Shown piece after piece: positions 19,966 through 35,740 of a stretch of 64,000 nucleotides of DNA; within the stretch, counting starts at the first letter, position 1, and each line of letters starts with the position of its first letter. The stretch lies in assembly GCA_965220165.1 (NCBI GenBank), contig CBDCPJ010000053.1, positions 7,143-71,142 of the forward strand. The letters run 5' to 3'. The notes beneath the pieces are model-generated. The model had not been told where the DNA came from. It saw only the letters and a list, made by a program, of their open reading frames with translations, and did not search any database. The stretch comes from Spirochaetia bacterium. Its GTDB lineage: Bacteria > Spirochaetota > Spirochaetia > G963692905. The position numbers were made by a program, and so were the translations under genes.

Positions 19966-20397
19966 CTACTGAGTTGTTTCGACAGGCAATTCTGATGGAA
20001 CTGCGGGCGTCTGATTAATTTCGCTCAAATTGCTGTTATTTTCTGAGTCGGCAGTGGTAGCATCAAGTAAATCTTGAGTAAATTCCTCATCCGTTCGCCA
20101 CCATTCAACCGTAGAATTTTGCCCTTCGATCTGACGAGCGGCAGCCTCTACTCCGTCGGTATCTGGAGTTCTATTCAGCCAGGCCAAACTTATTGCGCAG
20201 AGCAGAAATATCGCGCCAAGAAATGATGTGATGCGGGTCATAATGTTGCCTGATCGATTGCCCACATTGGTGTTGGATCCGCCGCCAAATATTCCCCCAA
20301 GCCCGTCTCCGCTTTCATGTTGCATTAATACCAACGCAACCATCAGCAACGAGCAAATTATGAATATAACCAGTAAAAATGTTTCTATTATTCCCAT
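19966..20397 (-). CDS. secG: preprotein translocase subunit SecG
   Basis: MGIIETFLLVIFIICSLLMVALVLMQHESGDGLGGIFGG is a SecG signature. Start moved to the internal Met at 20397 to avoid overlap with tpiA; track ORF extends to 20430. Confidence 0.7.
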   Translation of the reverse strand: MGIIETFLLVIFIICSLLMVALVLMQHESGDGLGGIFGGGSNTNVGNRSGNIMTRITSFLGAIFLLCAISLAWLNRTPDTDGVEAAARQIEGQNSTVEWWRTDEEFTQDLLDATTADSENNSNLSEINQTPAVPSELPVETTQ

Positions 20398-20398
20398 T

Positions 20399-21154
20399 TT
20401 AGTTTTCCTTGAATTGAACAATAGGCACAAATGCCTCTTTTTGTAGCGACGCTCCGCCCACGAGCGCGCCGTCTATGTTGTCGCATCTCATAAGATCAGC
20501 GATGTTATTTGGTTTGACCGAGCCGCCATATTGTATGGTCAGCGAATTGGCGGCATCGGGTGAATAGGCGTCGCTAATATATGAACGAATCGCTTTGTGC
20601 ATTGCGTCGGCGTCGTTTGGGGTGGCGGTAACGCCGGTGCCAATAGCCCAAACGGGTTCATAAGCTATTACGATTGCCGATAGTTCTTGTTCGCCAATAT
20701 CGACAAGACTTCCGCGCAATTGTTCGAATACCTCGTGTTCGGCCTTTCCCGCGTTTCTTTTTTCTAATGTTTCGCCTACGCATACAATGACTTCTAGCGA
20801 GTGTTTTAATGCCAATTGTATTTTACGATTGATAAGTTGACTGTCCTCTTTGTAGATATGCCTTCGTTCCGAGTGCCCCAAAATTACCGTGTGAACTCCC
20901 AAGTCTTTCAGCATAAGCGGAGATATTTCTCCGGTGTGGGCGCCAGATTCGGCATCCGACATATTTTGCGCGCCCAGCAATATATTGCTTCCTTTGAGGG
21001 CATCGGCGACGGCATGTAATGCGGTAAAAGGAGGTGCTACCATTATTTTGCGCCGCGAATCCTGTAGCTCCAAGCGTAATTGCGAAACGTAATCGGTCGA
21101 TTGCGATATCGTTTTGTGCATTTTCCAATTGCCTGCTATATAAGCGGTTCTCAT
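20399..21154 (-). CDS. tpiA: triosephosphate isomerase
   Basis: NWKMH, AYEPVWAIGTG, GGSV motifs. Confidence 0.9.
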   Translation of the reverse strand: MRTAYIAGNWKMHKTISQSTDYVSQLRLELQDSRRKIMVAPPFTALHAVADALKGSNILLGAQNMSDAESGAHTGEISPLMLKDLGVHTVILGHSERRHIYKEDSQLINRKIQLALKHSLEVIVCVGETLEKRNAGKAEHEVFEQLRGSLVDIGEQELSAIVIAYEPVWAIGTGVTATPNDADAMHKAIRSYISDAYSPDAANSLTIQYGGSVKPNNIADLMRCDNIDGALVGGASLQKEAFVPIVQFKEN

Positions 21155-22347
21155 TTTTGTTGCTCCATGTTCATTTGTAAGACAGCAATGCCGGGTAGGA
21201 CATTGCCTTCAAGGTATTCTAAGGACGCGCCGCCCCCTGTGGAGACGTGATCCATTTTGTCCGCAAGATTAAAGCGGTTTACGGCGGCAACAGAGTCGCC
21301 TCCGCCGACGATTGTTATTCCGCGACATTCCGCGATGGTTTCTGCCATCGATACAGTTCCTTGCGCAAATTGGTCAATTTCAAATACGCCCATCGGTCCG
21401 TTCCAAATAATGGTTGCCGCTGAATTTAATATCGTTTCGGCTGCTTGTATGGTTTTCTTGCCAATGTCTAATCCGTAGTATGCGTCAGAAATGTCTATTG
21501 TTTCGCAATAGATAGGTTGCGCGTCCGCCGAGACTTGCTCGGCGATAATATGGTCAACGGGCAGTATGATTTGATTTTTGCCTTGCTTCGCTTTGAGTAA
21601 AAACTGCTCGGCGATTTTGACATATTTCTGTTCATAGAGCGATTTGCCTACGGCATGTCCTTTGGCTTTAAGAAAAGTATATGCCATGCCGCCGCCGATA
21701 ATAATTGTTGAACATTTGGGCAGAAGCGATTCCAGCACTGAAATTTTTGTCGATACCTTTGCGCCTCCAATGACCGCGACAAAAGGTTGCGCTGCGTTAT
21801 TCAAAAGCGGTTCCAAGAATCGCACCTCTTTTTCTATAAGCAACCCCGCGTAAGCGGGTATGAAATGCGCCACTCCTTCGGTTGAAGCATGCGAGCGGTG
21901 GCAGCTTCCAAATGCGTCGTTGACATAAATGTCCGCCAGCTCGGCCAATTGCGCCGCGAATTTCTGGTCATTTTGCGTTTCTCGGGGATCGAATCGAACA
22001 TTTTCCAACATCAATATCTCTTTTTGACGCAATGAAGACGAAAGCGCCTCTACCTCGTCTCCAGTAGAATCGGAAGCCATACGCACCGGCTGCCCCAGTA
22101 GTTTTTGCAACGCTTGAGCGACTGGAGCGAGGCTATATTTTTCCGAACGCGCGCCTTTTGGCCGACCGAGATGGCTCATTAAAACAAGCGACAGGCCCTT
22201 TTCAAGCAAAGCGTTGATAGTGGGCAATGACGCGCGAATACGTGTATCGTCGGAGATAGCTCCGCTCTCAAAAGGCACATTGAAATCTACCCGCACCAGC
22301 GCCTGTTTGGCGCTTGCGGGGATATGCCGAATTGAGCGAAGATTCAA
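21151..22347 (-). CDS. pgk: phosphoglycerate kinase
   Basis: RVDFNVP, GGGMAYTF motifs. 398 aa. Confidence 0.9.
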   Translation of the reverse strand: MNLRSIRHIPASAKQALVRVDFNVPFESGAISDDTRIRASLPTINALLEKGLSLVLMSHLGRPKGARSEKYSLAPVAQALQKLLGQPVRMASDSTGDEVEALSSSLRQKEILMLENVRFDPRETQNDQKFAAQLAELADIYVNDAFGSCHRSHASTEGVAHFIPAYAGLLIEKEVRFLEPLLNNAAQPFVAVIGGAKVSTKISVLESLLPKCSTIIIGGGMAYTFLKAKGHAVGKSLYEQKYVKIAEQFLLKAKQGKNQIILPVDHIIAEQVSADAQPIYCETIDISDAYYGLDIGKKTIQAAETILNSAATIIWNGPMGVFEIDQFAQGTVSMAETIAECRGITIVGGGDSVAAVNRFNLADKMDHVSTGGGASLEYLEGNVLPGIAVLQMNMEQQK

Positions 22348-22348
22348 T

Positions 22349-23368
<1,020 letters not shown>

Positions 23369-23475
23369 TTATCTATGGTCCTTTGACATGCGTTAGATCA
23401 TAAACGTATCATTTTGAGCTATCGTGTGTCAAACCAATGATAATGATAGCAAACGCAATGATCTTTTCGCGAAAA

Positions 23476-23549
23476 TGGGCGGTAGTGGACTCGAACCACC
23501 GACCCCTAGCGTGTCGAGCTAGTGCTCTAACCAACTGAGCTAACCGCCC
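23476..23549 (-). tRNA. tRNA-Val (GAC)
   Basis: Hand-folded: acceptor GGGCGGT/ACCGCCC, D-stem GCTC/GAGC, anticodon stem CTAGC/GCTAG with loop TCGACAC, T-loop TTCGAGT. Confidence 0.85.
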
Positions 23550-23662
23550 CCGGCGAATAATGTAATAAAGCATATTGACGTCATATTGTCAATGGTCTAT
23601 CTTGCTTGGGTATCGTTACGCAAATAGCCACTCGATCGGCGTCAATTTCGGGCCGAGCGGCA

Positions 23663-24862
23663 CTATTCACGGAACGCCAATTCCAATGCTATGCCGGCTG
23701 GAGCTACGGCATGCGACGGTATGTCTGTAATTGAGATAAGTAGTTTGCTATTTATTTCGAAGACGCCGAAATCAAAACCGGTTCCAATTGCTATATTTCC
23801 AAAATCCAACCCCGCCTGCACGGTGAATAGGTTGTCTATTGTGATACTTGCCCCAATATCAATGAGGTTGAGCGCGTTTACCTGTTCAATGACAGGGTCT
23901 GATAATAGCGAAAAATTGCTTGTTCCTATCCAGAAAAAGGGTTGAATTTGTGATTCTTCGGGCAACGTTGGACGATATCCTATGCCAAAGGTTATGTCCA
24001 TTGGCAGAATATATCCCCTTGCCTGTTCATTGTCGCTTGCGCGCGATGAGTTAAAAAAGTTGAGATCGTTTTGGGATTGCCCATAGGTGGTGATTGAATA
24101 GTTTAAGTTGCTACCGCCTATATCCTGTAACGAAAAGCTGAACGTGAGATCCCATACTTCAACGAGTATGCCCGCATGGAGACGGAGCGCGGTTCCGTAG
24201 AGGGTATTCTGCGCTTCTCTATGTCCTGCGAGGACATCGGCGGTGTCGATTCCTTGGAGTATGTATTGCAACAAAAAATTGGTCTGCGCGGCAGTGAACG
24301 TGGTATTTGTCCGTAAAATAGCCCCTACGCTAAAACCAAGAGAAAAGCTAAAGGGTTCTAATTCAAAAGGGATGGCTAATCCTACGGCCGCTTGCAATTC
24401 GTTATTTGTTACCGAGGTTAAGTTATCGGGATAATTATCTCCTCCTATAAATGTATCGCTTGTCGCGAGCAACCCAAATCCAAAATTTTGTCCCGCGAAT
24501 CCAAATGTCGTCAACGCGCCCATTCCATTATCATTGTGAGTTACAGTATTCGAAAAGATGTCGCGATCGGCTGATATATCGAGATCAAATGGAGAGAATG
24601 CCAACGCGAAGTTGTTTGGCAACGCTTCTAACGAGCCGTGCAACCAGAATTGGGTGGATAGGTAGTGCCACCCTGTATTTTGAGATGCAAGATGCGCGGG
24701 ATTGATAAATAGCGAGGCGACGCCGTCGGCGAATGCTGTTGATCCAAATGTTACGGGGGCTCTTGAGTGATGGTGAATAACCGATTGCGCGTTCGCGACA
24801 GGGAGGGTGAGGCTACAAAATAGAAGTAGCAAGATCGCTAGTCTTAGCATCGCGGTTCTCAA
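23663..24862 (-). CDS. hypothetical outer-membrane protein
   Basis: Signal peptide ...LTLPVANAQ. C-terminal aromatic residue. Beta-barrel-like alternation. Confidence 0.45.
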   Translation of the reverse strand: MRTAMLRLAILLLLFCSLTLPVANAQSVIHHHSRAPVTFGSTAFADGVASLFINPAHLASQNTGWHYLSTQFWLHGSLEALPNNFALAFSPFDLDISADRDIFSNTVTHNDNGMGALTTFGFAGQNFGFGLLATSDTFIGGDNYPDNLTSVTNNELQAAVGLAIPFELEPFSFSLGFSVGAILRTNTTFTAAQTNFLLQYILQGIDTADVLAGHREAQNTLYGTALRLHAGILVEVWDLTFSFSLQDIGGSNLNYSITTYGQSQNDLNFFNSSRASDNEQARGYILPMDITFGIGYRPTLPEESQIQPFFWIGTSNFSLLSDPVIEQVNALNLIDIGASITIDNLFTVQAGLDFGNIAIGTGFDFGVFEINSKLLISITDIPSHAVAPAGIALELAFRE

Positions 24863-24943
24863 TTGCGCATTTCATACTATAGATTGAACGATTCTCATGC
24901 GAGATTATCATAACAGCTGAATAATTGATAGAAATAGATCTAA

Positions 24944-25324
24944 TTACGGTAGATCGCTTTTGTTTTTCTTCGCATTCTGTAAGGGCATGGAGATTGATCC
25001 GTTAATATTGGCGCCGGATTGCGTGATGATATCGGCAGACGTTATTTTGCCTTGCACATTGGCCCCCGAGCATATTACCGTCTGTTCATAGGCGATGAAT
25101 TCGCCATTTGCAGAGCCTTTGATGGTAATCGAATGGGTTTTTATAGTTGCGTCGATGTTGGCCTTCTTTCCAATGTGGATATGCCGCTTACTATTTATCG
25201 TTCCTTTGATAGTTCCATGGATCCAGCATGTGTTTGCCAAATGCATTTCGCCTTTGAACGTTACATCCGAATTGAGTATTGTATCTATCTCGTACTTCTC
25301 AGCCGATTGTGTCTTAACCATCAT
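24944..25324 (-). CDS. bactofilin family cytoskeletal protein
   Basis: Repetitive G.I.G.v right-handed beta-helix repeats (GTIKGTI, GKITSADI, GANINGSI). Confidence 0.7.
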   Translation of the reverse strand: MMVKTQSAEKYEIDTILNSDVTFKGEMHLANTCWIHGTIKGTINSKRHIHIGKKANIDATIKTHSITIKGSANGEFIAYEQTVICSGANVQGKITSADIITQSGANINGSISMPLQNAKKNKSDLP

Positions 25325-25376
25325 AGTATAATATAGCGCTTAATTGAGAAAAGTCAATTGTGACAGTTCATTTCGG

Positions 25377-26460
25377 CTAATAATCAAATTTATTTTCGAG
25401 AGTTGCCTTATGGCCAAATATAGCGAATATTATTATAGGAGCGACAATTATTGCGGTGGCGGCATTGATCGGCAAACGAATAGGAAGTCCGGGGAGCGCC
25501 GCCGCCGTGTCGACGATCAATGCCAGATTCGCCCCGGCTAGCGCGCTCATCGGCAATAAAGCGCTATGGTTATTGTTGCGCGTTATGAAACGTCCAATAT
25601 GCGGCGCGGCGACGCCGATAAACGAGACCGGTCCGCATAACGCCACCGTCGTTCCGGCGAGAAACGCGACTAAGGCGATCGCGATAACGCGTATTGTTTT
25701 TGGGTTGACGCCGACTGTTTTAGCGTGGATATCGCCGGCGGTAAGTATCGTGAGATGACGCGCCAAGGCCAGCGACGAGATAAATCCCGCGGAGACGACG
25801 ACGATGAAGGGTATGATCGTAGAGGGGGCGTTCGCGCCGAAATCGCCGAATGTCCAAAATACAAATCGTTGCAGTTGCCGCGCGCTGCTTAACCGTCCCA
25901 TAATTTCAATGATCGATTGCGCCGCGTATCCAATGGCCAGTCCTACTATGAGCAGCGCGACGCGCGGGAGTTTCGTGCTGAACATAATCATAATCGCCCC
26001 GACTGATAGCGAACCGAGGATTGCGGCCAGTCCAATTGCGATGGGGTCTGTCGTTATCTGAAGGGAGAGCAATATGAGCAATGCCACCCCAATGCTGCTG
26101 CCTCCGCTAATGCCGAATACAAACGGGCCGGCTAAAGGGTTGGCGAAAATAGTCTGCATAATTAAGCCCGCCATCGCCAGGGCGGCTCCCGCCAGCAATG
26201 CGGTTATTGCTTTTGGTATGCGGAAGTTCAGCAGGAGATGGCGTATTTGCTTGAGCGAAAGTGTTGTATGAAGAGCCGTCGGCTCGCGGTGAGGAGGTAG
26301 AGCGAGAGGCGTCGTCTGCTGGATGGATTCTATTTCGCGGAGCGTCAAGGCGCGGGCGATTTGGGGGAGGGGAATAAGAATGGAGCCGAGCGTAATATTT
26401 GCCACAACGAGGACGAGCAATAAGGCGATGAGTATGATTGCTCGTCGACGCGCCGGTATC
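25377..26460 (-). CDS. FecCD-family ABC permease (iron-chelate/cobalamin type)
   Basis: ~10 TM segments, FecCD-like. Longest ORF extends to 26681 but overlaps upstream SBP, so real start probably internal or non-ATG. Confidence 0.7.
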
Positions 26461-26466
26461 GGTGAG

Positions 26467-27651
26467 CTAGTCAAGGCGTCGGTAGAAAAATAGCGAGCGG
26501 TCTGGGAATAGCGAGGGATGAAAAATTGCGGCGAGGTCGAGGAGGATTTGATCGGCGTAAATTGCCCCCGCTTCGAAATAGTCTGTTCCGCCGGATCTGT
26601 TTTGGCGGTTATCGTTATTGTAGATCGCGCTATTTTGGAACATCGTCGTATCGACGATCCATCGCGCTTGGTTTCTGACATCTTCTCGCGAACGCAATGG
26701 GCTGCTGTTTATCCAGATCGTCGCCGTTTGCGCTCTTGCAAGCATCGTTTCAATATCCACAAAAAGCGGGCCGCTGGCGCTGTTGTCGTTCCAGAGGTAG
26801 GTTCCGCCCGCGGCGGCGATAAGCATAGCTTCGTAACTATCGCCGCCGGCCGTTGCCCATTGAGAGCCCCATGGAGCGCCGGTCATTACGATTGGAGAAC
26901 GGTTGGCGCCGGCGTCGCCGTTCGTCGACGGGGCCAATCGATCGGCGATAAGCCGCCGCGCGTTTTCGTAATTTGTCGCGATCGCGGCGAATATTGCTGC
27001 GGCCTGTTGCGGCATTCCCAAGAGATGGCCGAATAAGAGGAGCCATTCGCTGCGCCCGAGCGGCTCGGTTTCTAAATATTCCGCGTTAATAAGCAGGGGG
27101 AACTGCAGGCGTTCCAATGTCGATAGCTCCGGAAGCGTCGGAAATGCGATGGTGATGTCGGGCGCGGCGGCGAGTAGCCGTTCTATGTCCAACCCGCCCA
27201 CTCCTACATCGACGATGCGATCGCGGCGTATGTCGTCGTTGTAGATCCATCGCAATCCATTGTGCGCGACGATACGTTCGCTCTGTCCCAGCGCGGCGAT
27301 CGCGGCGACGTGGGTGGTTGACATTGTCGCTATTCGCCTCGCGGGAACGATAATTGGGGTGGCGTCGTAGCGGCTGGCTATTTGTTCGATGTCGCGATTT
27401 CGGAATGTCTTGTCGATTTGAGAGCGGTCGATAAGGAGGTAGCGCCAGACGGCCGCTCGGCGCGGGAGGGTAATTTCTACCGCGATGCCGTCGGCGACCT
27501 GGCGCATCGAAAATCGCTTCGCGTATTGCGGGGGGGCAATGTGGCTCGATTCGTTTGGAGCGACGCGCGGGGCGGCGAGGAGGGCGAGGAGGGCGGCGAT
27601 CGCTGCCCAGTTGCGGCCGGTTTTTCGTGGGGCGAGGCTTGGATGGGTCAT
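26467..27651 (-). CDS. periplasmic binding protein (BtuF/FhuD-like, PBP type 8)
   Basis: Signal peptide from internal Met (MTHPSLAPRKTGRNWAAIAALLALLAAP). Remainder resembles PF01497-type SBPs. Longest ORF to 27894 is a GC-rich artefact. Confidence 0.55.
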   Translation of the reverse strand: MTHPSLAPRKTGRNWAAIAALLALLAAPRVAPNESSHIAPPQYAKRFSMRQVADGIAVEITLPRRAAVWRYLLIDRSQIDKTFRNRDIEQIASRYDATPIIVPARRIATMSTTHVAAIAALGQSERIVAHNGLRWIYNDDIRRDRIVDVGVGGLDIERLLAAAPDITIAFPTLPELSTLERLQFPLLINAEYLETEPLGRSEWLLLFGHLLGMPQQAAAIFAAIATNYENARRLIADRLAPSTNGDAGANRSPIVMTGAPWGSQWATAGGDSYEAMLIAAAGGTYLWNDNSASGPLFVDIETMLARAQTATIWINSSPLRSREDVRNQARWIVDTTMFQNSAIYNNDNRQNRSGGTDYFEAGAIYADQILLDLAAIFHPSLFPDRSLFFYRRLD

Positions 27652-27883
27652 GCGGGGATATTGGGCGTTGCGGGCGTCGCGATTTTCGTGTTTCGTTTTT
27701 CGGGCGTTGCCCGCAGTGGGGGTAGCGGAAGACGGGAAGATGATCGGCGGGCGGTTTAGCCCGCAATTGCCTGCGTAGCAGGCAATTAGATCATCGGTAT
27801 CGCAAGCGCTTCGCGCGCGGCGATATCCCGTCTGGAGCGAGGGGGCGACTGCCCCCCTTGTACGATAATGGCTCGTTCGGCGA

Positions 27884-31739
<3,856 letters not shown>

Positions 31740-31755
31740 CGGCGTTCTATCATCC

Positions 31756-33054
31756 TTATCGGCGAGCGCTGAAAAATAAAAAGAGCATGCCAGCGCCTAA
31801 AATAAAGAGATTGGGAAACCATGTCGCCAAAATGGGCGGAATGGAGAGCTGTCGGACGCCGAGTGTTTGCCCGCCGATATAGAAAGTCCAGTAGACGGTT
31901 GAGGCGATGAGTCCTATTCCAAAGGCGATGACTCGGTCGCCGCGGCGAAGGAGCAGGCCGACAGGGAAGGCGAAGAAGGTGAAGAATAGACAGCCAAGCG
32001 GCAACGCGTATTTTCTGTAATATTCGATTTTATAGAGCTGAAGGTTGCTGTCGTAGACGGGTTCGTTGAGCGCCGCGATCTCATCGTAGGACTCGGTGAG
32101 TTGCTGATAGACGTTCTCCTGCCGACGGATTCCAGAAGCGATGTCGTTTGTCGCGTTGACATATCGGTTGATCATCCCTATGGCATTGGTTGTAGCCTGT
32201 CGATTTCTGGTCAATTGTCTACCGTCAAGGTCTGTTTGACGGATGCGAACCTCTTCCAGCACCCGCTGAGATCCCAGCTCTCTGGGTCCGGGAGTGCGGA
32301 GCGCGATTGAAACATCTCGCAACAGGATGTTGTAGCGCATTTCTGTGGCGAGCATGTATTCATAGCGATCGCTTCGCATGCGATTGATGCCCAGGCTAAA
32401 GACATTTTCCAAGATAAGAGAGAGCAATCCCCCCGAGGTCACATTTTCTTCCCGTTGCAACTGCGCTCCGGTGGCGACGATAACCCTCCGCCCGGTCTCT
32501 TCAGACGATGGGTCGATAATGACGATTTCGTCGAGATTTTCGCCTTGCACATTGCCGGTGATGATAATGCTGTTGCGGTAGTTGTTTACGCTGTAGGAAT
32601 CGAGGATAAGCTCGGGGTTGGAGAGCACCAAACGTTGATAGAGCTCGTTAAAACGAATGGTTCCTATGGGCAACAGGTAATCGTTCACAAGAAATGAGAC
32701 GATCGATAGCAATATTCCGATAAGGGCTATTGGAACGAAGAGATATCGTTTTGTGATTCCGGCCGAATTCATCGCCAGAATCTCGCGATTGGTTACAAAA
32801 TGCCCGATTGTCATCAGGGCGCCGAGGAGCGACGCAAATGGGAACGAGAGCGACACGACTACGGGCAATGCGTAGAAAAGCAACCGCAACACATCTCCAA
32901 TCGGCGCATTTTTGCTTAATATGTCTTGCGCCAATAAGAGCACATTGTTGATTATAAAAATGACGAAAAAGAAGAAGAAAGAGATTGCGAACGAGAATAC
33001 ATATTCGCTAGCGAGATGGCGAAATATGAGGTAGCTGCGATAGCGAGGTCTCAT
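31756..33054 (-). CDS. LptF/LptG family LPS export permease
   Basis: Paralogous YjgP/YjgQ-type permease adjacent to previous. Confidence 0.7.
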   Translation of the reverse strand: MRPRYRSYLIFRHLASEYVFSFAISFFFFFVIFIINNVLLLAQDILSKNAPIGDVLRLLFYALPVVVSLSFPFASLLGALMTIGHFVTNREILAMNSAGITKRYLFVPIALIGILLSIVSFLVNDYLLPIGTIRFNELYQRLVLSNPELILDSYSVNNYRNSIIITGNVQGENLDEIVIIDPSSEETGRRVIVATGAQLQREENVTSGGLLSLILENVFSLGINRMRSDRYEYMLATEMRYNILLRDVSIALRTPGPRELGSQRVLEEVRIRQTDLDGRQLTRNRQATTNAIGMINRYVNATNDIASGIRRQENVYQQLTESYDEIAALNEPVYDSNLQLYKIEYYRKYALPLGCLFFTFFAFPVGLLLRRGDRVIAFGIGLIASTVYWTFYIGGQTLGVRQLSIPPILATWFPNLFILGAGMLFLFFSARR

Positions 33055-33503
33055 TGACCTGTCGAGCCGAATCCGTTCGCGCCTCGCTCGGTGGTATCCA
33101 GTGTCTCCTGCGGCACATATCGCGCGAGCGTTACCGAGCCGACCACCAGTTGGGCTATTCGTTCTCGAGGCATTACCGTATAGCGCTCCGCGCCATGATT
33201 GATAAGCAACACCTCAATCTCGCCGCGATAATCGCTGTCGATCGTCCCCGGCGCGTTTAATACCGTGACGCCATGATTTTTCGCCAATCCCGACCGAGGA
33301 CGCACCTGCCCCTCGAAACCTTCGGGAATAGCGCAGGTTAACCCCGTCGGGATCGATTGATATTGACCCGGCTCAATTGGCAATGGGTGATCTAACGCCG
33401 CGCGTAAATCGGCACCGGCCGCACCAGAAGAATGAAATTCTGGGGCGTAGATCTTTTTGGTGGCGCGATATCGTATTTCGAGCGGCGTCCGAGACGCGCT
33501 CAT
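33051..33503 (-). CDS. dut: dUTP diphosphatase
   Basis: AAGADLRA, RSGLA, GTIDSDYRGE motifs. Confidence 0.85.
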   Translation of the reverse strand: MSASRTPLEIRYRATKKIYAPEFHSSGAAGADLRAALDHPLPIEPGQYQSIPTGLTCAIPEGFEGQVRPRSGLAKNHGVTVLNAPGTIDSDYRGEIEVLLINHGAERYTVMPRERIAQLVVGSVTLARYVPQETLDTTERGANGFGSTGQ

Positions 33504-33506
33504 AGT

Positions 33507-35738
33507 TTACCGACGATGCTCCCGCGATCGCGACGACGAAACGCGAGGCGGGCGACTCCCCCCGCCCCCGCCCCCGCGGCGAGGAGGTCGACTATCCCGC
33601 GACTGCCGATCGTATGGGCGTCCGCGGTTTTCGGTGGGGCGCTGATTGCCGGTATCGCCGGTATCGTCGTCATCGAGGAGAAGGCCTAAATTGACCCGCC
33701 CCATTTTATCGATTTCGATAATTTGCACATCGAGCACCTGATTAAGCCGCAAAAGATCACCCACCGATTCCAGTCTATTTTTGGACATCTTTGATATGTG
33801 GCATAGCCCTTCTTTGCTGGGGAGAAATTCTATAAACGCGCCAAAATCGACAATTCGCTTAACGGTACCAGAGTAGATTTTGCCTATTTCAGGCTCTTCG
33901 AGCAACTTCTCAAATTCCGCCCGCGCATTTTCGCCATTCTGTTTGTTTTTGCAATAGATGGTAACGAGCCCGGAATCATCAATATTTGTCTCGACGGAAA
34001 AACGCTCGTTGATCCCTTTGATCGTCTTTCCGCCCGCCCCTATAAGCATACCGATAAATTCAGGATTAATCTCGAATTTAATGATTCGCGGAGCATATTC
34101 AGAAAGCTCGGCTTGCGGTTTTTCGATGGCTTGGCCCATAACGGATAGGATATGCATACGACCCTTGCGAGCCTGTTCCAGCGCCTTTTTGAGCACATTC
34201 GCGTCGACATTTTTGATCTTGATATCCATCTGGAACGCGGTGATGCCCTCTTTGGTGCCCGCCACCTTGAAATCCATATCGCCGAAGTGATCCTCCTCGC
34301 CGAGTATGTCGCTGAGGACGATTACGTTTTCGCCCTCTTGCACCAGCCCCATTGCGATTCCCGCAACGGGTTGCTCGATAGGAATGCCGCCGTGCATAAG
34401 CGACAGACTCCCTCCGCATACCGTAGCCATAGACGAGGAGCCATTTGACTCCAATACCTCAGAGACAAGGCGAATAGTGTAGGGAAATTGCTCCCTATCC
34501 GGCAACACCGCGTCTAAAGCCCGATACGCCAAATTGCCATGCCCTATCTCTCGTCGTCCGGTAGCGAGCCGCCCCGTTTCGCCCACCGAGTAGGGAGGGA
34601 AGTTATAGTGGAGCATAAATGGAGACGAGCGGCGGTCGCCCTCGATATCGTCTAAAATCTGTTCGTCGTAGACCGAACCCAGTGTGGTGATGGCCAGCGC
34701 CTGCGTTTCGCCTCGGGTAAAAAGCGCCGACCCGTGCGCGCGATCGAGTATGCCGACCTCGCATTCGATGGGGCGAATATCCTCCGGCTTTCGTCCGTCC
34801 GACCGTAGATTGTTTTCGACAATGGAGCGACGAAGGATATCCTGCTCCAGCTCGTCGGCGATCGCGGCAAAGTACTGCTCGCGATCCTCAGGTATTCGCT
34901 CCCCAAATTGCTTTCGCGTCTCGGCGATGATATCGTTGATTGCCGCGCGACGGATCATCTTCCCCTTTACAAAGCAGGCTCGCTCCATTTTTGGACGCAA
35001 CGCCTCGACGATCTCGTCATGCGCCTCGAGACGATACTCATCGACCACCAGCGGCAACATCGGAGTCGCGACACGCTCCCGAAGCTCCCGCTGCGCCTCG
35101 CACAATTTGGCGATCGGTTGCCGAGCGAGTTCGATCGCCTCCGAAAGAACATCCTCCGAAATCTGATTGGCGCCGCCTTCCACCATAGTGATCCCATCGA
35201 TCGTCCCCGCGACAATGATATCGAGATCGCTTACCTTTGCCTGCTCCAGATTTGGATTGATGATATATTTGCCATCCACATATCCCACACGAACCGCACC
35301 AATTGGCCCGTCGAACGGAATACCCGATATCGAAACCGCCGCCGACGCCGCATTCATCGCCACTACATCGGTAGGCTGAATGCGATCCGCGGACATAACC
35401 GTAGGAATAACCTGGATATCGCGCTTGAACGCCTTAGAAAATAGCGGGCGAATCGGGCGATCGATAAGCCGAGAAACCAGAATCTCTCTGTCCTTCGGAC
35501 GAGCCTCGCGCTTAAGAAACCCGCCGGGGATTTTGCCCGCCGCATAATATTTCTCGTTGTATTCCACATGGAGAGGAATGAAATCGAGCGACTCATCAGC
35601 CTTATCCCCGCAACACACGGTGGCGAGCACCGCAACACCGCCGCAACGGGCAAATATCGAACCATTGGCCTGCTTCGCCATGCGTCCGGTCTGCATGACG
35701 ATCTCCCCGCTTCCAAACGGGATTGTAATCTCTGTCAC
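33507..35738 (-). CDS. pnp: polynucleotide phosphorylase
   Basis: Two RNase PH domains, KH and S1 regions. 743 aa with basic R/G tail. Confidence 0.9.
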   Translation of the reverse strand: MTEITIPFGSGEIVMQTGRMAKQANGSIFARCGGVAVLATVCCGDKADESLDFIPLHVEYNEKYYAAGKIPGGFLKREARPKDREILVSRLIDRPIRPLFSKAFKRDIQVIPTVMSADRIQPTDVVAMNAASAAVSISGIPFDGPIGAVRVGYVDGKYIINPNLEQAKVSDLDIIVAGTIDGITMVEGGANQISEDVLSEAIELARQPIAKLCEAQRELRERVATPMLPLVVDEYRLEAHDEIVEALRPKMERACFVKGKMIRRAAINDIIAETRKQFGERIPEDREQYFAAIADELEQDILRRSIVENNLRSDGRKPEDIRPIECEVGILDRAHGSALFTRGETQALAITTLGSVYDEQILDDIEGDRRSSPFMLHYNFPPYSVGETGRLATGRREIGHGNLAYRALDAVLPDREQFPYTIRLVSEVLESNGSSSMATVCGGSLSLMHGGIPIEQPVAGIAMGLVQEGENVIVLSDILGEEDHFGDMDFKVAGTKEGITAFQMDIKIKNVDANVLKKALEQARKGRMHILSVMGQAIEKPQAELSEYAPRIIKFEINPEFIGMLIGAGGKTIKGINERFSVETNIDDSGLVTIYCKNKQNGENARAEFEKLLEEPEIGKIYSGTVKRIVDFGAFIEFLPSKEGLCHISKMSKNRLESVGDLLRLNQVLDVQIIEIDKMGRVNLGLLLDDDDTGDTGNQRPTENRGRPYDRQSRDSRPPRRGGGGGGSRPPRVSSSRSREHRR

Positions 35739-35740
35739 GG

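Noticed and set aside
27086-27766. Arg/Pro-rich ORFs (226 aa and others) on both strands in the 27.0-27.8 kb region, and many antisense ORFs inside pnp, the FecCD permease and pgm
   Set aside because: These are typical spurious ORFs produced by high-GC coding sequence on the opposite strand. They overlap well-supported genes and have extreme low-complexity composition.
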